Positions 1 to 9,353 of a stretch of 56,407 nt of DNA are shown piece by piece. Position 1 is the stretch's first letter. Each line of letters begins with the position of its first letter. A program made the position numbers and the translations under genes. Source of the stretch: Frankiaceae bacterium (GTDB lineage: Bacteria > Actinomycetota > Actinomycetes > JAFAQI01); assembly GCA_030840525.1 (NCBI GenBank), contig JAVEEI010000012.1, forward strand, positions 1 through 56,407. Direction: 5' to 3'. The notes under the pieces are model-generated. The model was not told where the DNA came from and searched no databases. It saw only the letters and a list, made by a program, of their open reading frames with translations.

Positions 1-89
1 GGGTCGCCGGGCCGGACGGGTACGGCGACGACCGACGCACCGGCCGGCAGCGTCAACGGCCCGGCGACCAGCCGCACGCTCGGATGCAC
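1..89 (-). CDS. N-terminal fragment of a gene running off the window edge (MHPSVRLVAGPLTLPAGASVVAVPVRPGD...), possibly a leucyl aminopeptidase-family protein
   Basis: GTG at 89-87 preceded by GAGGAG RBS; open to the edge; product guess rests only on recalled gene order after DUF3117. Confidence 0.4.
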   Translation of the reverse strand, partial: MHPSVRLVAGPLTLPAGASVVAVPVRPGD

Positions 90-113
90 GGGCTCACTCC
101 TCACGCGAGCGGA

Positions 114-159
114 GCAACGCGCGGCCCCGGGGACGCGAGGTCCACCGGGGCCGGGTTGC
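114..159. terminator. GC-rich stem-loop downstream of the DUF3117 gene
   Basis: CGGCCCCGG-GGAC / GTCC-A-CCGGGGCCG stem (122-153), extended by GCAAC/GTTGC. Confidence 0.55.
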
Positions 160-171
160 GCGAATGGTGGG

Positions 172-339
172 TCAGCCGACGGCGCTCTTCAGCGCGTCGC
201 CGAGCGCGGTTGCCTCGTCGGGAGTGAGCTCGACGACGAGTCGGCCGCCACCTTCCAGCGGCACGCGCATGACGATGCCCCGGCCCTCCTTGGTCACTTC
301 CAGCGGGCCGTCACCGGTGCGCGGCTTCATCGCCGCCAT
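172..339 (-). CDS. DUF3117 family small protein
   Basis: MAAMKPRTGDGPLEVTKEGRGIVMRVPLEGGGRLVVEL is the highly conserved actinobacterial DUF3117 sequence. Confidence 0.92.
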   Translation of the reverse strand: MAAMKPRTGDGPLEVTKEGRGIVMRVPLEGGGRLVVELTPDEATALGDALKSAVG

Positions 340-396
340 GCGAAACCCCTTTCCCGGCGGGCCCGGCGGCCCGCTTCGACTGTCCATTATGGCTGG

Positions 397-963
397 TCAG
401 AACAGGCGGGCGCAGGCGGTGCCCGCGCCGAGGCCCACCGCGAGGCCGGAGTCCAGCACCTTGGTCCGCACGGCGAGCAGCCGCTGCGCCGCGGCGAGGA
501 ACCCGGGCACGTCGCCCGCCTTCGCCGCGCTCGCCTCGGCCTGCGCGCCGTCGGCGTACTGCCCGACCGCCGCCCGGTAGACGCCCCACCCGTCGGCACC
601 GGCCGGCGGCGGGGGGAGGGCTCGGACCGCCCGCGCGGCCGCGCCCTGGAGGTACGCGCCGCGGTCGAGGTACGGCGCCGCCGCGCGGAGCTGCTTCGCG
701 GTGAGCCGGCGCGGGTCGGTCGGCCCGAGCGGGGCCGGGCCGCGCCGCTGGAGCTCGGCCAGGGCGCCGATGCAGATCTTGTCGGCCCGGGCGAGGTAGT
801 CGGCCGGGACCGGCCCGGTCGCGCTGATGCCGCCGGGCACGGTGATGCTCGGCGACGGGCTCGGCCCCACCGACCCCGGCACCGACGACGTACCGCTGCA
901 GCCCACCCCCGCCAGCACCGCCAGCGCCGCGAGCACCGCCGCGGCGACCGTCGCGCGCGGCAT
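397..963 (-). CDS. Hypothetical lipoprotein
   Basis: Signal peptide with lipobox-like LAGVGC, Pro/Ser linker, then YLARADKIC helical domain; abuts the upstream gene. Confidence 0.7.
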   Translation of the reverse strand: MPRATVAAAVLAALAVLAGVGCSGTSSVPGSVGPSPSPSITVPGGISATGPVPADYLARADKICIGALAELQRRGPAPLGPTDPRRLTAKQLRAAAPYLDRGAYLQGAAARAVRALPPPPAGADGWGVYRAAVGQYADGAQAEASAAKAGDVPGFLAAAQRLLAVRTKVLDSGLAVGLGAGTACARLF

Positions 964-3900
964 CTAGTTCAGCGCGACGGCGCCGACGCCGCCGACCATC
1001 ACGACCTTGAGGTTGCGGGCGACCGCGCCCGCCGTCACCAGCACGGACCCGGCAGCCGGGTACGCGTCGGTGACCCCGTTGGTCGCCGCGGTGACCGCGG
1101 GCTGGCCGAGCGCGACCGCGTTGACGGCCGACAGCCGGCCGGCGACACCGCCGGTGAAGACGACCTGGGTCAGCCGCAGGCCGGGGTTGGCGCCGTTCGG
1201 GTTGCCCAGCAGCAGCGAGGTCCGGTAGCCGTCGGGCGCGGTCGCCCCGGCGACCGTGACGGCACGGTACGCGCGCCGCACCCACGGGCTGCCGACGCCG
1301 CGCCAGTCGGGCGTCGACGGGTCGAACGACAGCGAGTAGAGGTAGCCGTTCCTCGCCGCGGCCCACGCGGTGTTGACGAAGAACAGCCCGGTCAGCGCGG
1401 GCGTGCCGGTGAGCGCGGTCCCGGCCGGCCGGCCGTAGTTGCGCCACGGCTGGCTGACGCCGACGACGTTGCGGCTCGGGCCGACGACGATCGACGTGAC
1501 CCAGAGGTCGCCGGCCGTCGAGAGCGCCGCGATGCCGACCAGCGTCCGGCCGCCGTCGACGCCGTTGTCGAGTGCCGAGCTGCCGGCCACCGCGGGCGTG
1601 CCGGCGAACGCGACCGCGCGGCCGGCGCTCGTCGCGACCGGCAGGTTCGTCCAGCTGACCGAGTCGCTGCGGACGGCTATCCGTCCCGCCGTCGTCCGCG
1701 CGACGTAGAGCGGCGACAGCGTCCCGGACCAGTAGCCCGATCCGGGCCCGAAGGCATTGGCGTTCCACGTCGGCACCGCGCCGACCGCAGGTGCGGCGGC
1801 TAGTGCACCGCCGAGGTCGCTGATCCCGCCGACCGTGCCGCGGTTGACGATCAGGTGCCCGGTCGCGGACCGGCCGGCGTACACGTTCTGCGGCGCGGGT
1901 GTCGTGGTGACCGGCACACTGACACCGGTGAAGCCGTTGCCGGACAAGTTGGACGCGGCCTCGTTGAGCACCACGCCGTAGTGCACCGCGCCGATCACGT
2001 TGTCCTGGATCAGCGTGCCGCCGATCGGGTCGGCGGGCAGGCCGAGTACGACGATCCCCGCGGTGCCGCTGACCCCGGCCGCATGGTCGCCGGCCTTGCC
2101 GTCGATGCCGCCGAGCCCGGTCGACGTGATCTGGTTGGCCTCGATGACGTTGTCGTCCATGTACGCGAGCGCTTCGTGCGCATGCAGCGCGATCCCCGGC
2201 AGTGCGTCGTTCGACAGGACGTTGCCGCGCACGGTGTTCTGGTAGACGCCGTCGCCGGGTGCGCCGACGGCGAGCAGGATGCCGGCGCCCGCACCGGCCG
2301 CGCCGTTGCCGCTCGACGTGTTGTTCGAGATGACGTTGTTGAAGATGCCGCGGGCGAACCCGCCGAAGAGCGTCGACTGGTCGCGACCGGTAACCGTGAT
2401 GCCGCTGTCGAGCGAGTTGTCGACGACGGTGTTGTGCGTGATCGTGTTGCCCTCGGTCGGCACGCTGACCTGCGCGAAGTTGGCCAGCCCGTCGTCGACG
2501 AGGATGCCGCCGCTGTTGTGCTGCACCGTGTTGTCGACCACGACCGACCTGGTGACGCCGTCGAGGTGCAGCCCTTCGCCGCAGTCGCCGGGGACGCTGG
2601 CAGTGGCCGTGCACTCGCCGAGGTCGTCGGCGATCGCGGTCGTGAACGACCCCTTGTCGTTGCTCTCGACCACGTTGTCGGCGATCCGCAGCGCGTCCGA
2701 GTTGAACGCGAGCAGACCCTCCGCGTCGGCGTTGCGGATCGTGAACCCGCTGACGACGGCGTCGGGGTTGATGACCGGGCCCGAGCTGCTGCCGCTGGTC
2801 GCGTTGTCGAAGTTGTCGCCGAGGTCGACGACGAGCCCGTTGTTGTGGCCGGCCGCGTCGATCACGACCGGGTCGCCACCGCTCGAGTCGGCGACGAGCT
2901 GCAACGGCTTCGTGACCGCGAGGCCGGAGTAGAAGAAGCCGTACGACCCGTGCGCGGGCCCGGCGACCCGGGAGATGTCGGCGCCCTCGTGGTAGGTGCC
3001 CGGGCTGACCAGCACCTCGTCGCCGGCGGCCGCCTGCGCGATCGCGTGCGTCACCGTCGCGCACGGCGACGCCGACACCGTGCACGCACTGGCGTCGCTC
3101 CCGGTCGCGCCGACGACGTAGCGAACCGTGTGCAGCGTCAGCGCTGGCGACGACGGGCTCGACGCCGGACCAAGCGCGCTCCCGCCGGCGTACGTCGTGG
3201 TGGGCACCAGCCGGAACTTCCACGCGCCGCTGCCGACATCGGCGAGCGAGGCGCCGCCGCCGTCCGGTGTGCTCACGCAGGTGACGCAGCGCGTCCCGTG
3301 CGAGTCGAACGCGAGCGCGGTGTAGCTGACGCTGACGCTGCCGGGCAGGTTGGGGATCGTGCCGGTCACGACCACGTCGCCGTTGCCGGGGTTGGTGACG
3401 GTCTGCACGACCGGCGCCTCCGGGACGAACGCGGTCGCGGCGTTCGACGGCGGCGACGTCGCCGCGTTGGCGAGCACCGCGACGACCTCGTACGAGACGA
3501 AGCCGGTGCCGGCCGCGAGGGTCTGCGTCGGCAGCGAGGTCGCGGTGACGTTGTCCTGGTAGAGCGTGAACGCGGTGCTCGGCGCGGTCTCGTCACCGAC
3601 CGCGCGGTAGACCGTGTAGTGGTCGACCGTCGAGCCGCTCGTCTCGGCCGGGACCGACCAGCTCAGTACGGTGCGGCCGTTCCCGTCGAGCGCGAGCGTC
3701 TGGTCCTGCGGCGCCCCGGCGGCCGCAACCGGCGCCGAGATGACCGTGGCGATGTCGGCGGTAGCCGTGTTGCTGTCCGGGCCGTCGCCCTGGCTGTTGA
3801 CCGCCTCGACCTTGTACGCGTAGTGCGCCGCGCCGAGGCTGCTGTCGGTGTAGCCGGTGGTCAGCAAGTCGTTGGCAACCTTGACGAAACTGCCGCCGTT

Positions 3901-5112
3901 GACAGACCGGAAGACGTCGTACCCGACCCCGGTGTCGCCGCCGAAGTCGGCCGGCGCGGACCAGCTCAGCGTGACCGAGCCGCCGCCGGTCGGCACCGCT
4001 TGGCCGCTGACCGTCGAGCCCACCGCGAGGGTCAGCGGTGCGCTCGGCAGCGTCTTCGCGGCCGTGACCTGATCGCTCGCCGTACCCGGCGACTCCAGGC
4101 TGTTCGCGGAGTCGGTGACGGTGTAGTAGTACGCCGCGCCGCCGCTCGCGGTGCTGTCGAGGTACGACGGGTGCGCGGGGTCGGCGAGGTCGCTCACCTT
4201 GACCGTGCCGATCGCGGTGCCGCGCGACGACGGGTCGGTCGAGCGGTAGACGGTGTACGACGCGACCGTGGTCGAGTTGGGGTCGTCGGCCGGCGGCGAC
4301 CAGCCGACGGTGACGGTCGCGTGCCCGGCCGCGGCGCCAGCCGCGCCCGCGACGGCGCTCACCGGCCCGGGGGCGAGCAGCGGCTGGTGCACCGACCACG
4401 ACTTGACCACCTGCGCGAGCCGGGCGCTGCCGGTGCCGCCGGTGAAGCCGAGATACGTCGGGCCGGCCCACGTCGACAGGTCGGTGATGACCCGCTGCGC
4501 CGTCGGCGTCGCCGGCTTCGGCGCGTTGTCGGCCGCGGTGAACAGCGTCAGTGTGTGAGTCGCGGCGGCGTAGTCGACCCAGGCCTGCTCGAACGTGCCG
4601 TCGTGCGGGTCGACGTACGACGTACCGGCATCGGAGAGCGCGCCATTGGTGCCGTCGAGGATTTCGTTGCCGTCGGCCGCGTCGAACGCGTACGCCTCGG
4701 ACGGCGTCACCGCGCCGCTCGCGTCGCAGCCGCCGGCGGCGTACCCGAGGCCGGTGCCGCAGGAGCCGAGCGCCGACGTACCGGCGTTCTGGATCGTGAA
4801 GGTGAACCCGTTGCCGACGGGGGCGGCGCCGGCGATGGTCTGGTAGCGGAAGTGGCTGGCGAAGTCGCGTGCGGTGTCGACCGGCGACGTCAGCCAGAAG
4901 CCGCCGGCCTTGTTGTCGTTGGTGTTGTTGGTGAGTTGCAAAGCGCTGCCGGCCGCGACAGACGTCGCGCCGACCATCGACAGTGCGCTGACGTTGCCGA
5001 AGCTGGCGAAGTCGACGTTGACCGGCGCGGCCGGTGCCGCGACCGCCGTGGCGGCGACGGCCAGCGACGACGCAGCGATGGCGACGAGGCCGATTCCGGC
5101 AAGCAGGCGCAT
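964..5112 (-). CDS. Large secreted modular protein: L-type lectin-like domain, FN3 repeats, right-handed parallel beta-helix, C-terminal propeller-like repeats
   Basis: Signal peptide MRLLAGIGLVAIAASSLAVAATAVA; LQLT..AGGFW, GNGFTFTIQ and YLGFTGGTG (lectin); WSPP/WSAP...YTVYRS/YDVFRS (FN3); GSDASAC..SPCATVTHAI followed by Asn-ladder repeats. Confidence 0.8.
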   Translation of the reverse strand: MRLLAGIGLVAIAASSLAVAATAVAAPAAPVNVDFASFGNVSALSMVGATSVAAGSALQLTNNTNDNKAGGFWLTSPVDTARDFASHFRYQTIAGAAPVGNGFTFTIQNAGTSALGSCGTGLGYAAGGCDASGAVTPSEAYAFDAADGNEILDGTNGALSDAGTSYVDPHDGTFEQAWVDYAAATHTLTLFTAADNAPKPATPTAQRVITDLSTWAGPTYLGFTGGTGSARLAQVVKSWSVHQPLLAPGPVSAVAGAAGAAAGHATVTVGWSPPADDPNSTTVASYTVYRSTDPSSRGTAIGTVKVSDLADPAHPSYLDSTASGGAAYYYTVTDSANSLESPGTASDQVTAAKTLPSAPLTLAVGSTVSGQAVPTGGGSVTLSWSAPADFGGDTGVGYDVFRSVNGGSFVKVANDLLTTGYTDSSLGAAHYAYKVEAVNSQGDGPDSNTATADIATVISAPVAAAGAPQDQTLALDGNGRTVLSWSVPAETSGSTVDHYTVYRAVGDETAPSTAFTLYQDNVTATSLPTQTLAAGTGFVSYEVVAVLANAATSPPSNAATAFVPEAPVVQTVTNPGNGDVVVTGTIPNLPGSVSVSYTALAFDSHGTRCVTCVSTPDGGGASLADVGSGAWKFRLVPTTTYAGGSALGPASSPSSPALTLHTVRYVVGATGSDASACTVSASPCATVTHAIAQAAAGDEVLVSPGTYHEGADISRVAGPAHGSYGFFYSGLAVTKPLQLVADSSGGDPVVIDAAGHNNGLVVDLGDNFDNATSGSSSGPVINPDAVVSGFTIRNADAEGLLAFNSDALRIADNVVESNDKGSFTTAIADDLGECTATASVPGDCGEGLHLDGVTRSVVVDNTVQHNSGGILVDDGLANFAQVSVPTEGNTITHNTVVDNSLDSGITVTGRDQSTLFGGFARGIFNNVISNNTSSGNGAAGAGAGILLAVGAPGDGVYQNTVRGNVLSNDALPGIALHAHEALAYMDDNVIEANQITSTGLGGIDGKAGDHAAGVSGTAGIVVLGLPADPIGGTLIQDNVIGAVHYGVVLNEAASNLSGNGFTGVSVPVTTTPAPQNVYAGRSATGHLIVNRGTVGGISDLGGALAAAPAVGAVPTWNANAFGPGSGYWSGTLSPLYVARTTAGRIAVRSDSVSWTNLPVATSAGRAVAFAGTPAVAGSSALDNGVDGGRTLVGIAALSTAGDLWVTSIVVGPSRNVVGVSQPWRNYGRPAGTALTGTPALTGLFFVNTAWAAARNGYLYSLSFDPSTPDWRGVGSPWVRRAYRAVTVAGATAPDGYRTSLLLGNPNGANPGLRLTQVVFTGGVAGRLSAVNAVALGQPAVTAATNGVTDAYPAAGSVLVTAGAVARNLKVVMVGGVGAVALN

Positions 5113-5206
5113 AACTATCGAACAAACCACACCGGTGGGCAATTGTCCGGGCTTCACCCAACCTCACAGCGGCCCCGCGCGACGGCGGCTCGATAGCCTG
5201 CGTCGC

Positions 5207-6001
5207 GTGCAAGCGCGCTCGGCCCTGTTCGACCTGTACGGCGACCACCTCCGCAGTCGCGGCGGCGCCGTACCGGTGGCCGCGCTGGTCCGGCTGCTCG
5301 GCCGGCTCGACATCGCCGCGCCCGCGGTGCGCACGGCCGTGTCGCGGATGGTCCGGCAGGGCTGGCTGGTGCCCGAGCACACCGAGCTCGGGCCCGGGTA
5401 CGCGCTGACCGAGCGGGCCCGCGAGCGGCTCGACGAGGCGGCCGCGCGCATCTACCGGCACCAGCCGCTGCCCGACTGGGACGGCCGGTGGTCGCTCGCG
5501 CTGCTCGCCCACTCGCCCGACCGGGTCCGGCGCGAGCGGGTGCAGCGCGGGCTGGAGTACCTCGGCTACCGGCAGGTGCGAGCCGACAACTGGATCGCGC
5601 CGCGGCCCTCCCCCGAGCTGGCCCGGATCGCCGCGTCCGAAGGTCTCGCGGTCACCCACTTCCGGGCCGAGTACGACGGCGACGACGCGGCGCTGGTCGC
5701 CCGGCTGTGGCAGCCGGCCGAGCTCGGCGCGGCGTACCGCCGCTGGCTCACCGAAGCGCGCGAGATCGTCGCGTCCGAGCCGGCCGACGCGGGCGACGAC
5801 GGCGCATTCGCGGCCCGGAGCCGGCTGCTGCACGAGTGGCGCAAGTTCCTGTTCGCCGACCCCGGGCTGCCGCGCCGGCTGCTGCCGGCCGACTGGCCGG
5901 GCGACGACGCGGCGGCGTACTTCGACGAGCAGACGGCCCGGCTCGCGCCCGGCGCGACGAGGTTCGTCGACGCCTGCCTCTCCCGGAGGGAAGAACCATG
6001 A
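5207..6001 (+). CDS. paaX: PaaX family transcriptional regulator
   Basis: ARSALFDLYGDHL, AVRTAVSRM, WDGRW and HEWRKFLFADPGLP motifs; GTG start. Confidence 0.88.
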   Translation: MQARSALFDLYGDHLRSRGGAVPVAALVRLLGRLDIAAPAVRTAVSRMVRQGWLVPEHTELGPGYALTERARERLDEAAARIYRHQPLPDWDGRWSLALLAHSPDRVRRERVQRGLEYLGYRQVRADNWIAPRPSPELARIAASEGLAVTHFRAEYDGDDAALVARLWQPAELGAAYRRWLTEAREIVASEPADAGDDGAFAARSRLLHEWRKFLFADPGLPRRLLPADWPGDDAAAYFDEQTARLAPGATRFVDACLSRREEP

Positions 6002-6783
6002 GCGACACGATCCGGTACGACGTCTCCGCGGGCGGCGTGGCGACGATCACGCTGGCCCGGCCGGAGGCGCTGAACGCACTCACGGTCGAGATGAAGCTCG
6101 CGCTGCTCGACGCCCTCGGCCGGGCGGCCGACGACGACGTCCGCGCGGTGGTGCTGACCGGCGAGGGGCGGGCGTTCTGCGTCGGCCAGGACCTGCGCGA
6201 GCATGCCGACGCGCTGGACTCGGGTCGCACCGACCTCGACACGGTGCGCGAGCACTACAACCCGATCACGCGCGCGCTGACCGGGCTGGCCAAGCCGGTG
6301 ATCGCGGCGGTCAACGGGACCGCCGCCGGCGCAGGCGCCTCGCTCGCGTTCGGCTGCGACCTGCGGCTCGCCGCCGACAACGCGAGCTTCCTGATGGCGT
6401 TCGCGCGGGTCGGGCTCGGCCCGGACACCGGCGCCTCGTGGACGCTGCCGCGGCTGATCGGTCAGGGCCGGGCCGCGGCGATGCTGATGCTCGCCGAGCC
6501 GGTGGCCGCGGCGCAGGCACTGGAGATGGGCCTCGTCAACGCGGTCATCCCCGGCGCCGACCTCCCCGCCGCCGCCGCCGAGCTCGCCGCCCGGCTCGCC
6601 GCCGGGCCGACGCAGGCCTACGCCGCGATCAAGCGCACCCTCGCGGTCGCCGCGACCGGCGACCTCGACGCCGCACTCGAAGCCGAAGCGGCGGCGCAAG
6701 CCTTGCTCGGCCGTACCGCGGACCACCAGAACGCGACGAAAGCGTTCCTCGCGAAGCAACCGGTCACGTTCGAAGGGCGCTAG
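5998..6783 (+). CDS. Enoyl-CoA hydratase/isomerase family protein
   Basis: ITLARPEALNAL, AFCVGQDL, KPVIAAVNGTAAGAG; ATGA overlap with paaX. Confidence 0.92.
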   Translation: MSDTIRYDVSAGGVATITLARPEALNALTVEMKLALLDALGRAADDDVRAVVLTGEGRAFCVGQDLREHADALDSGRTDLDTVREHYNPITRALTGLAKPVIAAVNGTAAGAGASLAFGCDLRLAADNASFLMAFARVGLGPDTGASWTLPRLIGQGRAAAMLMLAEPVAAAQALEMGLVNAVIPGADLPAAAAELAARLAAGPTQAYAAIKRTLAVAATGDLDAALEAEAAAQALLGRTADHQNATKAFLAKQPVTFEGR

Positions 6784-6852
6784 CGCGTCCACGGCCGCGG
6801 GCACGTTGGGCACGCCGAGCGCCGAGCAGCACGCCGCGGCGGGCGGCGGCCG

Positions 6853-7419
6853 TCAGCGCGCGGAGCAGTCGGCGAGGTGGTCGTTGACCAGGCCGGTCGC
6901 CTGGAACAGCGCGTAGAGCGTCGTCGGCCCGACGAACCGGAAGCCGCGCTTGCGCAGGTCCTTCGCCAGCGCCTGCGACTCCGGCGACTCGGCCGGCACC
7001 TCGCCGAGCGTCCGCGGCGCCTTGCGCCGACCGCGCGGCGCGGCCTTCGTCACGTGCCGCAGCAGCCCGCCGTCGAGCGCCAGCGCGGCCTGCGCGTTGC
7101 CGATCGACGCCTCGATCTTCGCCCGGTTGCGGACGATGCCCGCGTCGCCGAGCAACCGTTCGACATCGGCGACGCCGTACCCCGCGACCGCCTCCAGGTC
7201 GAAGTCGGCGAACGCCTTCCGGAACCCGTCGCGCTTGCGCAGGATGATGAGCCACGACAGCCCGGACTGGAACGCCTCCAACGTCAGCCGCTCGAACATC
7301 GCCTGGTCGGTCGTGAGCCGGCGGCCCCACTCGGTGTCGTGGTAGTCGATGTACTCCGGCGCGGACAGCGCCCACGGGCAGCGCAACCGCCCGTCCGGCC
7401 CGGCGACGGCGCCGCTCAC
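6853..7419 (-). CDS. tag: DNA-3-methyladenine glycosylase I
   Basis: RCPW, YHDTEWG, LEAFQSGLSW, IVRNRAKI, NDHLADC motifs. Confidence 0.93.
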   Translation of the reverse strand: MSGAVAGPDGRLRCPWALSAPEYIDYHDTEWGRRLTTDQAMFERLTLEAFQSGLSWLIILRKRDGFRKAFADFDLEAVAGYGVADVERLLGDAGIVRNRAKIEASIGNAQAALALDGGLLRHVTKAAPRGRRKAPRTLGEVPAESPESQALAKDLRKRGFRFVGPTTLYALFQATGLVNDHLADCSAR

Positions 7420-7709
7420 TCGGCCGCCTCGCCGGTCTCCGCGGACGACGCAACCGCGTGCTGCTCGCGCGCCCAGAGCGCCGCGTGCACCGCGGCCATC
7501 GTCGCGTCGACGTCCTCCATCCGGTAGCCGTACGCCGCCGTCCGGAACCGCACCGACGCGAGGTCGGTGCTGGTCAGCAACCGGTCGCCCGGCAGCAGCG
7601 GGTCGTTGGTGTCCGGTGGCGCGGCCGGCAGCCCGTCGCCGAACGCGGCCAGCGCGACGGCGACCACGAGGACGACGATCACGCCCAGCACGACCTCGAC
7701 GACGAACAC
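7416..7709 (-). CDS. DivIVA-domain membrane protein
   Basis: N-terminal TM helix; VRFRTAAYGYRMEDVD DivIVA motif; GGAGG RBS; GTGA overlap with tag. Confidence 0.8.
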   Translation of the reverse strand: MFVVEVVLGVIVVLVVAVALAAFGDGLPAAPPDTNDPLLPGDRLLTSTDLASVRFRTAAYGYRMEDVDATMAAVHAALWAREQHAVASSAETGEAAE

Positions 7710-7755
7710 CGCGCACCTCCGTGGGGCCCCATCTCTCGTGCGGCATCGTGTCACG

Positions 7756-8619
7756 GTGACCTTGCACCTGCGACGCCGTACCTTCGGCCCCGACGACCTG
7801 CTCGTCATGGCGATCCTCAACCGCACGCCCGACTCGTTCTACGACCGCGGCGCGACGTACGACGACGAGCCCGCGCTGGCCGCCGTCGACCGGGCCGTCG
7901 CAGCCGGCGCGGACCTCGTCGACATCGGCGGGGTGAAGGCCGGGCCGGGCGACGAGGTCGGCGCGGCGGAAGAGGTACGCCGGGTCGCGCCGTTCGTCGC
8001 CGCCGTACGCGACCGGCACCCGTCGCTCGTGATCAGCGTCGACACGTGGCGCAGCGAGGTCGCCGACGCATGCCTCGCCGCCGGTGCCGATGTCGTCAAC
8101 GACGCGTGGGGCGGCGTCGACCCCGACCTCGCCGCCGTCGCGGCGGCGCACGGCGCGGCCATCGTGTGCACCCATGCCGGCGGCGCGACACCGCGCACCC
8201 GGCCGCATCGAGTCGGGTACGACGACGTCGTGGCGGACGTGGTCGCGACGACCACCGCACTCGCCGAGCGCGCGGTGTCGCTCGGCGTATCGGCGCAGTC
8301 GGTCCTCATCGACCCGGGCCACGACTTCGGCAAGAACACGTACCACTCGCTGGACGTGACCCGCCGCCTCGGCGACCTCGTCGCGACCGGGTGGCCGGTG
8401 CTGGTTTCGTTGAGCAACAAGGACTTCGTCGGCGAGACGCTCGACCGGCCGGTGCCGGAGCGGCTGGTCGGCACGCTCGCGACGACCGCGGTCAGCGCGT
8501 GGCTCGGCGCGCGGGTGTTCCGCGCGCACAACGTCGCCGAGACGCGGCAGGTGCTCGACATGGTCGCGAGCATCCGCGGTACCCGCCCGCCCGCAGCGGC
8601 CCGCCGCGGCCTCGCCTAA
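7756..8619 (+). CDS. folP: Dihydropteroate synthase (FolP2-like)
   Basis: MAILNRTPDSFYD, ISVDTW, IDPGHDFGKN, SLSNKDF, FRAHNV. Confidence 0.9.
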   Translation: MTLHLRRRTFGPDDLLVMAILNRTPDSFYDRGATYDDEPALAAVDRAVAAGADLVDIGGVKAGPGDEVGAAEEVRRVAPFVAAVRDRHPSLVISVDTWRSEVADACLAAGADVVNDAWGGVDPDLAAVAAAHGAAIVCTHAGGATPRTRPHRVGYDDVVADVVATTTALAERAVSLGVSAQSVLIDPGHDFGKNTYHSLDVTRRLGDLVATGWPVLVSLSNKDFVGETLDRPVPERLVGTLATTAVSAWLGARVFRAHNVAETRQVLDMVASIRGTRPPAAARRGLA

Positions 8620-8642
8620 CCAGCCCCCCGGGCACCACCCCC

Positions 8643-8703
8643 GTTGAGTGTGACGTTCCTCGTCTTCTCAGCCGCTGAGAAGACGAGGTTCGTCACACTC
8701 AAC
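8643..8703. repeat. Near-perfect 61-bp palindrome between convergent genes (REP-like element or bidirectional terminator)
   Basis: GTTGAGTGTGACG-TT-CCTCGTCTTCTCAGC-C-GCTGAGAAGACGAGG-TT-CGTCACACTCAAC. Confidence 0.85.
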
Positions 8704-8750
8704 CGGGCAAGTGGGCGCGGTAGGTGGGGTGGGTGGCGCGGGGCGGGCGG

Positions 8751-9353
8751 CTAGGCGTCGGGGCCGGCGGGCTCGGCTTCGAGCAACTCGTCGCGCGCGG
8801 GCGGCAGCACCGGCGTCGAGCGTTCCAGCGCGTCGAACGCCGCGCCGACGGTCGTCACCCACGCGACCGCGTCGCGAACCGACGGCCGGGCGAAGCCCCG
8901 TCGTACCAGCAGGTCGACCTGCTCGCGCAGCGGCGCGAACACGCCGTCGGGGTCGAGGACGACGACCGGCTTGTCGTGCATCTGCAATACCCGCGACACC
9001 CAGATCTCCATCAGCTCCTCGAGCGTGCCGACACCACCCGGCAACGTGAGGAACGCGTCGGCGCGACGGTCCATCTCGCCCTTGCGGGCGCGCATGTCGT
9101 CGGTGACGACGAGCTCGTCCGCGGCGTGGTCCGCGATCTCGGTGCGGGTCAGCGCATGCGGGATGACGCCGACGGTCCGCGCACCACCGGCTCGGGCCGC
9201 GCGCGCGACCGCACCCATGCACGACACGCTGCCGCCGCCGCTGACGAGGTCGTGCCCGCGCCGCGCCAGCTCCGCGCCGACCGCGGTCGCGAGCTCGACG
9301 TACGACGGGTCGATCCGCTCGCTCGACGCGCAGAAGACGCAGATCGTCGCCAT
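8751..9353 (-). CDS. LOG family (TIGR00730) nucleotide phosphoribohydrolase
   Basis: ICVFCASS, MRARK, PGGVGTLEE motif. Confidence 0.9.
   Translation of the reverse strand: MATICVFCASSERIDPSYVELATAVGAELARRGHDLVSGGGSVSCMGAVARAARAGGARTVGVIPHALTRTEIADHAADELVVTDDMRARKGEMDRRADAFLTLPGGVGTLEELMEIWVSRVLQMHDKPVVVLDPDGVFAPLREQVDLLVRRGFARPSVRDAVAWVTTVGAAFDALERSTPVLPPARDELLEAEPAGPDA

Noticed and set aside
311-5833. Very long alternative-frame ORFs (311-3223, 1855-5196, 3593-5833) and similar ones elsewhere (22267-25191, 26794-29871)
   Set aside because: Arg/Gly/Ala-rich shadow ORFs typical of high-GC DNA, overlapping well-supported genes and lacking motifs
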